The notes under the pieces: model-generated
Databases searched by the model: none
What the model was told of the DNA's origin: nothing
What the model saw: only the letters and a program-made list of their open reading frames with translations
Part shown: piece by piece, positions 29,772 through 38,119 of the stretch
Numbering within the stretch: the stretch's first letter is position 1
Layout: every line of letters begins with the position of its first letter
Position numbers and translations under genes: made by a program
NCBI GenBank assembly: GCA_965219995.1
Contig: CBDCOX010000002.1
Span: forward strand, 1,856,001-1,920,000
Origin: Candidatus Latescibacterota bacterium
Lineage (GTDB): Bacteria > Latescibacterota > UBA2968 > GCA-2709665
Direction: 5' to 3'
DNA: 64,000 bases

Positions 29772-30752
29772 TCAGGATTCATTGACGGCCTGCAACAGGG
29801 CGTGGATGTACCCGTAGGTATAGGCGAAGGCGACTTGTGCCGGTGCCTCGCCCGATATTCCGGGGACGTGATCCGGCATGATCATATACTCGTAACCCAC
29901 CTCCTTGAACGTCCGCAGTGCTCTCAGCATGTCCACGTCGCCTTCGTCGGGAAACACCTCCACAAAGTCCCGGAATCCGCCCCTGATATTTCGAAAGTGC
30001 AGGTTGAAGATTTTCTTGCGGCGGCCGAACCAGCGGACAATCTCGTGGATTTCCTCGCCGGGGTCTTCGAGGCTCTCTGAGATCGTGCCGAGACAGAAAT
30101 TCAGACCGTTGTAAGGGCTGTCGTATGTCTCGACGAACCTCTTCAGCCCGTCCACCATGCCCATCACCCGGGCGACGCCCCGGTACGTGACATCCCCTAT
30201 CCCCGGGTCGGATGGATGACAGGCCATCTGGATCCGGTACTCTTCGGCCACCGGCATAATGCGTCCGAGCCAGTATTCGATACGTTCCCACATCGTATCG
30301 GAATCGGCCGCCCCGCCTTCGAACACCCCCAGCGTCTGGTCAAGTTTTGCGTATTCAAAAGAGGATAGCCGCGCCCCGCCGCGACCGGTTCTGGACCCGG
30401 TCCGCAGGTGTCCGAGTATGGTAATGTTGTAGTTCAAACCGCGAAGCCCCGCTTTCGAGGCCATCCGTACGATCTCGCAGAGGCGGTCGATCTGCCGTTC
30501 CCGTTCATCGCCAGGGCCCAGGAAGACGGCGCCCGCGGGATTGCTGAACGCGCTGCCCGAACCAAGCGGGATGTGAATCATCTCGAGATTGATGCCGTAC
30601 CTGTCGAATCGCTCGCGCATCCGGATGAGCATCTCCGCCGACCAGTCCGTCCACGGCTCCGACGGCGTCTGGTCCACGTGACAGACGCCCAACTGCGATA
30701 GAACCTTGATATCGGTTTCATGCCGGCATCCGACTTGCGTCCCTATGTACAT
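29772..30752 (-). CDS. uxuA: Mannonate dehydratase (UxuA)-like protein
   Basis: MACHPSDP, SPYNGLNFCLGT, LHFRNIRG, FPDEGDVDM and MPDHVP. The true substrate could differ, as this family has many paralogues. Confidence 0.75.
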   Translation of the reverse strand: MYIGTQVGCRHETDIKVLSQLGVCHVDQTPSEPWTDWSAEMLIRMRERFDRYGINLEMIHIPLGSGSAFSNPAGAVFLGPGDERERQIDRLCEIVRMASKAGLRGLNYNITILGHLRTGSRTGRGGARLSSFEYAKLDQTLGVFEGGAADSDTMWERIEYWLGRIMPVAEEYRIQMACHPSDPGIGDVTYRGVARVMGMVDGLKRFVETYDSPYNGLNFCLGTISESLEDPGEEIHEIVRWFGRRKKIFNLHFRNIRGGFRDFVEVFPDEGDVDMLRALRTFKEVGYEYMIMPDHVPGISGEAPAQVAFAYTYGYIHALLQAVNES

Positions 30753-30789
30753 GCTTGAGTCCTCTCGATGGAATCCACAGAACCTGGCA

Positions 30790-31668
30790 TTACAGCACGC
30801 CGATCGTCGGGCGGGACGGCATCGCAGCGGCAAACTGCGCCACGCTTTCCCACGGGGGCTTCAGCGCGTGACGGGAGGCGACCGGCTCGGGCCGGCGATA
30901 ACGCACGTGCACGGTGTGTCTTGGACGGGCGGTGTGCCTGACGGATCCGCAGTGATAGCTGCAATTATTGAACAATACAGCGGTTCCCGCGCTGCCGTAT
31001 ATATCGACCCGGCCCGTTCGGCGCGCCAGTTCGCGTCCGAAAGCATCCACCCAGACGGGACGCTCCGGGTCGACGTAACTCACGTCGGCGTCGTCGATCC
31101 GCAGCCGGTCCCGCGCACCCCACCCGCTGCTGCCTGTGTGCGTTTTCGGCAGACTTCGCTTGGTCTCGACGCTTTCCGGAATGATGCTGAAGCAGTGGGA
31201 TTCGTCGTCGACGTCATCCATGTAGAAGATCGCCTGCAGCGCCGGGACGAAAAACTCGTTCTGGTCTGCGCCTTCCACGTTTCCGCTGTCTTCACGATGC
31301 CACACGCGCGTGAGACACAGCGGATCGCCACCATCTGCATCTTCGGGGGGTTGGACGTCACAGGGCTCCCGCCTGAGAAACGTCAGACCGGACAACCGGG
31401 CGTCCGGGCCCAGGATACGTCGGACAAGGGGCGCGATTGAGGGATGGCAGACCAGCCCGTCCAGGGCCTCGGTTCGGTGGAGGAGTTCGGGCGCGTCGCA
31501 GCCCACGGACAGATGACCGGACGCGGCGGGAGACGGCTCCCAGAATTCCGGATGCGCGTCGCGGTCCGCGGCGATTCCGTCGTTGACCCGGGCAACCTCT
31601 TCATCCGTCAGTGCGCCGGGCACGACGATATAGCCGTTTTTTTCGAAGAAACCGATCGTTTCTTCCAT
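30790..31668 (-). CDS. Phytanoyl-CoA dioxygenase (PhyH) family Fe/2OG-type oxygenase
   Basis: FFEKNGYIVVPGAL, WHRE, IIPES and AGTAVLFNNCSYHCG. Confidence 0.85.
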   Translation of the reverse strand: MEETIGFFEKNGYIVVPGALTDEEVARVNDGIAADRDAHPEFWEPSPAASGHLSVGCDAPELLHRTEALDGLVCHPSIAPLVRRILGPDARLSGLTFLRREPCDVQPPEDADGGDPLCLTRVWHREDSGNVEGADQNEFFVPALQAIFYMDDVDDESHCFSIIPESVETKRSLPKTHTGSSGWGARDRLRIDDADVSYVDPERPVWVDAFGRELARRTGRVDIYGSAGTAVLFNNCSYHCGSVRHTARPRHTVHVRYRRPEPVASRHALKPPWESVAQFAAAMPSRPTIGVL

Positions 31669-32041
31669 GGATATCTTCCCTCTCGCTACCGGTTCAGCCC
31701 GGAGCATCCAGGGGTTCGTCCCCGAACGTTCGTTCTGAGCGTTCCGACCGTTGGAGGAACCGCAACCCGTTTATTGATAGTCTTCGTCCGTTACAACCAC
31801 GGGTGCTTCCCACAGATCTAATGAGATGAATAAATAACAACGAGCGGGCATAAGTCAAGGCAAAAACCGCTGCAGCCGCCGTGCGCAAGGATGTTGCCGG
31901 GTAGTCATCCGATGGATATATTGTACGTCGTTCAGCCATCACTGACCGCCATTCTCAACGCCGAGGCGGTGGAAGCACAGCAGGACCACCGGGCAGCCTG
32001 TTATTCGACTCCGATTGCCCGAAACCGCAAGAGGGGCCCCG

Positions 32042-33604
32042 ATGTCCAGACTTCGGAACGTCAACACGACCGATATCGCGGATGCCATCCGCCTGGGCTG
32101 CCGCACGATGTGCAACGTGTTCAACGCGGATGACGACAATGTCCCCTTCTTCGGTTCCAGGGTGCTCCCGGAAGCGCGGTTGAGCTTCAGTCCCGTGCAT
32201 TCCGAATCACACGTTCCCGGGCGCCACCTGAACGCATTGCTCAACGCCGAAGATGCGATCGGGATCGAACTGGACGAGCGCTGCATCGACAACCACGCCA
32301 GCGCCGCCTTTCTTGCGTACAGCGGGCCCGTTGCCCTGCCGATCAACCGGGACGAGGCTGGGGGACCGCCAGTCAACTTCACGCCGCATAACTGCCGGGA
32401 AGGATTCCATGCGTTGTACCCCCTGGTCCGTTTCAGACATTCCGAACGCGCCAGGGAGTTCGCCGAAGCCGGTATCCGCGCAATTTTGAAATACTGGAGT
32501 CCGATGGCCGGCTGGGACTACGATACCCTCGAAGACGAACTGGGACTCCGTGTCCACCGCTCCACCTATGTCGTCGGGCTCGGACGTTCCATCGGACCGT
32601 TGGTGAAATACTATAAGGCGACGGGATACGGCGCCGCACTCGACCTGGCTATCGTCCTGAAGGACAAGGCGCTGGAGTTTTTCACCGAGAGCGGGGACTA
32701 CAACCGCGAGACCTTCGGTTCCCATACGCATTCCACCACGTGTGTGATGTCTTCCCTCGCCCAGTTCGCCGAACTGACGTCTGACGCTCGCCTGATGGGC
32801 CGCGTGAAAGCCTTCTACGACAACGGACTCCCCGAATTCAGCGATCCGCTCGGTTGGGTCATCGAAAACAGCGGGGACGAAGCGCCGGCCGACCGGGGAG
32901 AAATCAACAACTCCGGCGACATACTGGAAACCGCGCTCATCCTCGGCCGCTGGGGATTTCCCGAGTATTACGGCGACGCGGAACGCATTCTTCGGTCCCA
33001 TATTCTGCCTTCCCAACTGCGCGACGTGTCGTTTATCAGTGACCCGCCCAATCCCGAGGGTGAGGACGGCAAACGGGCCGTCGCCGATCGTCACCTGGGC
33101 GCATTCGGCTTTCCGGCACCGTACGGGCACCATCCGATCGACACGGAAACGATCAGTTTCAACATGGACATCGTGGGCGGCGGTGTGGCCTCACTGTGTG
33201 AGGCCTACCGGGAAATTGCCTGTACGGACGTAGCGTGCCACCGTGTCAATTTACTGTTCGATTACGATTCGCCGGAACTGAGGATCGAATCCCCCTACAC
33301 GCATCCGGCGCTGCGCGTTCGTGTGAAACGCGCGGGCCCGCTGTTCGTGCGCGTTCCATCCTGGGTACAGACGTCTCAAGTCCGCGTCCGCGGCGCGCGC
33401 GAAGCGCCGCGTCAGACGAACGGCTATCTCTATATCGCCCGCCCCCCGCTGAACCGTACGATGACGTTCGAGTTTCCACTTACCGAACGGGAAATCGTCC
33501 TGGACCACCGGACCCGGCAGATCCGCGTGAGACTGCGTGGAGACGAGGTGGTGGCTATGGACGACTTCGGCGCGGACCTGACGTTTTTCGATCCGTACGA
33601 GTAA
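32042..33604 (+). CDS. Hypothetical protein, possibly a distant GH127/GH146-like (alpha/alpha)6 enzyme
   Basis: HTHS...GEINNSGD...YYGDAERILRSHIL and LFVRVPSW resemble the GH127 layout. ATG 32042 has SD GAGGGG. Confidence 0.5.
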   Translation: MSRLRNVNTTDIADAIRLGCRTMCNVFNADDDNVPFFGSRVLPEARLSFSPVHSESHVPGRHLNALLNAEDAIGIELDERCIDNHASAAFLAYSGPVALPINRDEAGGPPVNFTPHNCREGFHALYPLVRFRHSERAREFAEAGIRAILKYWSPMAGWDYDTLEDELGLRVHRSTYVVGLGRSIGPLVKYYKATGYGAALDLAIVLKDKALEFFTESGDYNRETFGSHTHSTTCVMSSLAQFAELTSDARLMGRVKAFYDNGLPEFSDPLGWVIENSGDEAPADRGEINNSGDILETALILGRWGFPEYYGDAERILRSHILPSQLRDVSFISDPPNPEGEDGKRAVADRHLGAFGFPAPYGHHPIDTETISFNMDIVGGGVASLCEAYREIACTDVACHRVNLLFDYDSPELRIESPYTHPALRVRVKRAGPLFVRVPSWVQTSQVRVRGAREAPRQTNGYLYIARPPLNRTMTFEFPLTEREIVLDHRTRQIRVRLRGDEVVAMDDFGADLTFFDPYE

Positions 33605-33679
33605 ACCCACCGACGATAGACTGGATAGCCGTCTTCGCGACGCCAACGTCCCTGGCATACCGGGACAGGACCGCGCTAA

Positions 33680-33839
33680 CAGTCCGTTGAAAAAGTCGCT
33701 CTGCAGGCGAGTCCGAGTCATTGTGGCCGAAGACAAGGCGCGCGACCGACGCGCATCCCTGGATTCGGGGAGGGAGCGCAACGCCGTATTTCGGTCACAA
33801 GGGCCGGACGCAGACCGGATGGACTTTATCAACGGGCTG
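33680..33839. mobile_element. MITE (non-autonomous IS-derived element), 160 bp
   Basis: Terminal inverted repeats CAGTCCGTTGAAAAAGTC and GACTTTATCAACGGGCTG (16/18 match), flanked by a CTAA direct repeat (33676-33679 and 33840-33843). Internal long hairpin; no transposase. Confidence 0.8.
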
Positions 33840-33858
33840 CTAAGGAAAGGAGCAAGAT

Positions 33859-34953
33859 TTGAAGATTACCCACATCAGCGCCACCCCGATCCGCGTACCA
33901 CGCCCGCAGACCTTTACCAGCAGCCTCGGGCGCAGCCAGGAGACCGAGAACGCGATCGTCGAAATCCGGACTGACGAAGGCATTACCGGTGTTGGCGAAG
34001 TGTGCAGCATCTGGGACCGCAAGGGCCGCGGTCAGGCCGAAGATATCAACGACCTGCTCGTTGGCGCGCTTTCGGGCCGCGACCCGTTCCGCATTGCGGA
34101 GATCCACGCGCTGATGAACAGCCTGCTGCATCGCTCCGAACCGGCGAAGGCCGGTGTGGACATGGCCCTGTACGACATCGTCGGCAAAGCGCTTGACACG
34201 CCGGTTTACAACCTGCTGGGTGGGCTGGTGCGGGACCGCGTCCTGCTCAGCCATTCGCTTTCCATGGGCGAACCGGATCAGATCGCCGAACAGGCCGCCG
34301 CGCTCGCGAATCGGGGATACCGAACGCTCAAGGCGAAGATCGGGATGGACCCGGAAGCCGATCTCGCCACAGTCAAGGCCATTCGCGAGGGTGTGGGAAA
34401 CGACGTCGTCCTGCGCGTGGACGCCAACATGGGCTGGCGCAACGCCAAAGAGGCCGTCCGAAACATCAAGAGCATCGAACCCTTCCGGCTCGAACTGGTG
34501 GAGCAGCCGCTTCACTTCAGCGACCTGGAGGGTCTGCGGCACATCCGGGATCACGTAGACACACCCATTATGGCGGACGAGAGCGTCTGGACGCCGACCG
34601 ACGCGATGGCATGCATCAAGGCCGGAGCCGTGGATGTCTTCAATGTCTACGTGGCCGAAGCCGGAGGCATCTATCCCGCCGCGCAGATTTTCGCCATTGC
34701 CGAAGCCACGCGGCTGCCCTGCATCATCGGGAGCATGCCCGAACTGGGTATCGGGACCTCCGCCCAGGCTCACCTCGCGTTTGCCATGCGAAACCTGGGG
34801 TATGCCAGCGACGTGAACGGCTTCGTGTACCACGCGGACGACATCATCCTCGAAACCCTGAAGATAGAGGACGGCCACCTTCTGCCGCCGCCGGGACCGG
34901 GGCTGGGCGTGAACCTGGACCGGGATAAAATGGAGAAATACCGAATCGCGTGA
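33859..34953 (+). CDS. Enolase-superfamily enzyme (mandelate racemase/muconate lactonizing enzyme subgroup)
   Basis: TDEGITGVGE, DMALYDIVGK, KAK, DAN, EQP, DES and PGPGLGV. TTG start with SD AAAGGAG. Confidence 0.9.
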   Translation: MKITHISATPIRVPRPQTFTSSLGRSQETENAIVEIRTDEGITGVGEVCSIWDRKGRGQAEDINDLLVGALSGRDPFRIAEIHALMNSLLHRSEPAKAGVDMALYDIVGKALDTPVYNLLGGLVRDRVLLSHSLSMGEPDQIAEQAAALANRGYRTLKAKIGMDPEADLATVKAIREGVGNDVVLRVDANMGWRNAKEAVRNIKSIEPFRLELVEQPLHFSDLEGLRHIRDHVDTPIMADESVWTPTDAMACIKAGAVDVFNVYVAEAGGIYPAAQIFAIAEATRLPCIIGSMPELGIGTSAQAHLAFAMRNLGYASDVNGFVYHADDIILETLKIEDGHLLPPPGPGLGVNLDRDKMEKYRIA

Positions 34954-34985
34954 ATCCGACCCGCAATTGACACCTGGAGCGTTCC

Positions 34986-36320
34986 ATGACCACCGCCAGA
35001 GCCGGATGGGCCGAAGTAGAAACCACGCCGCCACTTGGGTTGCCAATGGGAGGACGCGGCCCTCGCTTTACACCGGGCGCACACATCCTGGACCCGCTCT
35101 GCGCACAGGCCACCGTACTGGAAGATTCCAGGGGAAAGAGGACCCTCTGGATATCCGCGGACCTCATCGGGCTCGCGCCGGTGATCGCGGAGCCTCTCCG
35201 GTACGACCTGTCCGCGCTCACCGGGATTCCCGTCGAAGCCGTCGTCCTGAATTTCTCGCACACCCACAGCGGCCCCATGGGCGGCTTCGAAGGCTATGCC
35301 ACGACAGTGCCGAAGCCGCGCGAACTCCACGCGTACGACGAGACCCTGTGCCGAAACATCGTTCGCGCGGCACTCACGGCCGTTGACAACCTTCAACCGG
35401 TTGCAGTAACCGAATACCGTGCCGCGTCGGCAGTAGGAATCAACCGCCGCAGGAAAAGCCCGTCGGGCAAGATTCAGATGGGTCCCAATCCTGATGGCGT
35501 GCACAACCCGGACCTGTGGCTGATCGACGTTTCGGCGACGGAGAGCGACGACAGGTGTGTCGTATTCAGCTACGGATGTCATCCGGTGATCGTCTACGGT
35601 TATGCCTGGGACGGCATCTCGGCCGACTATCCCGGGGTTTGCCGCGCCAAGCTCCGGTCGGACCTCGGCGCGAACGTCCATTGCCAGTTCATCCAGGGCC
35701 TCGCGGGAAATATCAGGCCCCGTGTTCTGGCCGATCTGGATCGGGGCAGATTCCGAAAACCGACGCCCGCCGACACAGCGGCCGCGGGAACTGAACTTGC
35801 CGGCGACATTATCCGCGCACTCCGCAATGGCGGCACAGAGCTGGACCTGAACATCGCGGCGGTTCAGGGACGCTTTCTTGCCCCGAGAGACCAGGCGGGA
35901 ATACCGCCCGTGGACCACTGGCGGTCGCTCCTGGAATCGGACGATGAACTCAGCCGGAATCTGGCCGGCTACTGGGTCGCGCGGCTCGAGAGCGGCGTTC
36001 CGCCGGTCAAGGTTGTGCCCTGGCCGGTGGGTCTGATAAGGCTCGCAGAAGGGCGCCGGATCGCCTGGATTGCGGGCGAGGTTCTTGCCGAATGGCTGGA
36101 CCTCGTGAGAACCTGGCTCAACGATCCGGACCTGATCGCCTGGGGCTACTGCCAGGAAGGTAGGGGTTATCTTCCCACCGATGAACTTCTGCCGGAAGGT
36201 GGATATGAGGTCGACCGCGCCAATGCGTACACCGTCACCGGCCCCGGTCCCTTCTCGGAAGGACTCGATGCGGCGGCGCGGGAGACTTTTCTGTCGTTCG
36301 GCCGCCAGCTCCAGTACTGA
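34986..36320 (+). CDS. Neutral/alkaline ceramidase-like amidohydrolase
   Basis: TPPLGLPMGG, DPL, SHTHSGP, INRR, YGCHP, SADYPG and GYLPT...GGYE. Confidence 0.8.
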   Translation: MTTARAGWAEVETTPPLGLPMGGRGPRFTPGAHILDPLCAQATVLEDSRGKRTLWISADLIGLAPVIAEPLRYDLSALTGIPVEAVVLNFSHTHSGPMGGFEGYATTVPKPRELHAYDETLCRNIVRAALTAVDNLQPVAVTEYRAASAVGINRRRKSPSGKIQMGPNPDGVHNPDLWLIDVSATESDDRCVVFSYGCHPVIVYGYAWDGISADYPGVCRAKLRSDLGANVHCQFIQGLAGNIRPRVLADLDRGRFRKPTPADTAAAGTELAGDIIRALRNGGTELDLNIAAVQGRFLAPRDQAGIPPVDHWRSLLESDDELSRNLAGYWVARLESGVPPVKVVPWPVGLIRLAEGRRIAWIAGEVLAEWLDLVRTWLNDPDLIAWGYCQEGRGYLPTDELLPEGGYEVDRANAYTVTGPGPFSEGLDAAARETFLSFGRQLQY

Positions 36321-36370
36321 ATCTCCGCCGGGCCTGCGCTCCGCCGCGGTCCGCTTCCATCGTCTTCAAC

Positions 36371-38068
36371 ATGCCCCATCATTGGAGAAATAGAGCCGGC
36401 GCGCCCTTTGAAGTACAGAAACAGCCGGCGTCCGGATCGCGCGGCGTGGTTGCCGCCAACCATCCGATCGGCTCGGCGGCCGGCGCGCAGATGTTCGCCC
36501 TGGGCGGGAACGCCATCGACGCCGCCGTGGCCGCGCTGTTCGCGCTCAACGTGGTCGAGCCCCAGATGGTGGGACTCCTGGGCGCCGGATGGATCAATAT
36601 CCGTCTCGCCGACGGCACGCCCGTCATCCTCGACGCCTACGCGTCCGCGCCCGGCCATGCGGCGCCGGACATGTATGTGCCTGTCTCCGACACCTGGCCG
36701 GACTACATGCGGTCTGAGAACGACGCCAACAAGATCGGCGCGCTGGCCGCCGGCGTGCCCGGCGCGCTGAAGGGATGGTGCGAAGCGCTCGAACACTGGG
36801 GTGCACTGGACCTGAAGACCGTCGTTCAACCCGCCATCCAGGTTGCCGAGAACGGGTTTCCCGTAAGCCGTTACCTGGCCGAATCCGTGGAACAGAATCA
36901 GGGGCACCTCAGCAGATATCCGGATACAGCGCGCATTTTTCTGCCCCGCGGGCGACCGCCGGCGCCGGGCACACGCCTCGTTCAACCGGACCTTGCCGCG
37001 ACCCTGCGCGACGTCGCCGACGGAGGACCGGACGTCCTCTACAAGGGTCCACTCGGAAAGAGGATCGTCGACCACGTCCGGCAATGCGGCGGCATCCTCA
37101 CCATGGAGGATTTCGGCGCTTACCGCGCCATTCAGCGGAGCGCGGTCCGGGGAACGTACCGCGGATACGAACTCGTCGTCCCGCCGCCGCCGTCTTCCGG
37201 CGGCGTCCACATGCTTCAGATCCTCAATCTGCTCGAGGGATACGACGTTGCCGGCCTCGGGTTCGGCACGGCGGACGGCATCCACGTCCTCGCCGAATGC
37301 TTCAAGATCGCCTTTGCCGACCGCACGAAATACCTTGGCGACCCCGAACAAATCGATGTGCCCGTCGAATGGCTGGTGTCCAAGACCTACGGAGAGCAGC
37401 GTCGCCAGGAAATCGACATGGAGGGAGCGACCCGCCCCGGCGCCGGCGTTCCGCCTCCATCCGAATCCGAGTGTACCACGCATGTGACCACCGCCGATGC
37501 TGCGGGCAACATCGCCGCCATGACCCAGACCATCAACGAGGGGTTCGGCTGCAAGGTTGTCGTTCCCGGGACGGGCCTGCTCCTGAATAACAATATGGCC
37601 CTCTTCGATCCCCACCCCGGTATGGCCAACTCGGTTGGGCCCGGCCGGCGAATGCTCAGCAGCAACGCGCCCACCGTTGTTTCCAGAAACGGCGACCCGT
37701 GTTTCGCGCTGGGCACGCCCGGCGGGGTACGCATCTTTCCCGCCGTCCTGCAGGCCCTCATCAACCTCATCGACCACGGAATGACGCTGCAGGAAGCCGT
37801 TGAAGCCCCCAGAGTCTGGACGCAGGGCCAGGAACTGGAAGTCGAGCCCGCCATCACCGGCTCCGTGAGAACCCGGCTCAGGGGCCTCGGCCACGACGTT
37901 CGCGAGGTCAATACCGTCGCTGGAGGGATGAACGGCATCGCCTGCGATCACGACACTGGAACCATCACCGGCGCCGCGTGCTGGCGCGCCGACGGGTCTC
38001 CGGTTGCCGTTGCGGGCGGCCCTGCACGCCGCGGTATCCGGTTCAGACCCGACGTCGGCCGCGCATAG
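36371..38068 (+). CDS. ggt: gamma-glutamyltransferase family protein
   Basis: GGNAIDAAVA, GVPG, PPPSSGG, the nucleophile motif CTTH, LNNNM and GTPGG. No signal peptide. Confidence 0.92.
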   Translation: MPHHWRNRAGAPFEVQKQPASGSRGVVAANHPIGSAAGAQMFALGGNAIDAAVAALFALNVVEPQMVGLLGAGWINIRLADGTPVILDAYASAPGHAAPDMYVPVSDTWPDYMRSENDANKIGALAAGVPGALKGWCEALEHWGALDLKTVVQPAIQVAENGFPVSRYLAESVEQNQGHLSRYPDTARIFLPRGRPPAPGTRLVQPDLAATLRDVADGGPDVLYKGPLGKRIVDHVRQCGGILTMEDFGAYRAIQRSAVRGTYRGYELVVPPPPSSGGVHMLQILNLLEGYDVAGLGFGTADGIHVLAECFKIAFADRTKYLGDPEQIDVPVEWLVSKTYGEQRRQEIDMEGATRPGAGVPPPSESECTTHVTTADAAGNIAAMTQTINEGFGCKVVVPGTGLLLNNNMALFDPHPGMANSVGPGRRMLSSNAPTVVSRNGDPCFALGTPGGVRIFPAVLQALINLIDHGMTLQEAVEAPRVWTQGQELEVEPAITGSVRTRLRGLGHDVREVNTVAGGMNGIACDHDTGTITGAACWRADGSPVAVAGGPARRGIRFRPDVGRA

Positions 38069-38119
38069 AACACAATCCCAATCTCAAATGCGACATATCC
38101 GGAATCGGAGGACCGTTGC

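Noticed and set aside
17152-34953. A hydroxyproline catabolic pathway (DadA-like, Ldh_2 and MLE-type enzymes)
   Set aside because: The genes are in separate transcription units, and no proline racemase/epimerase or DapA-like deaminase is present. Too speculative.
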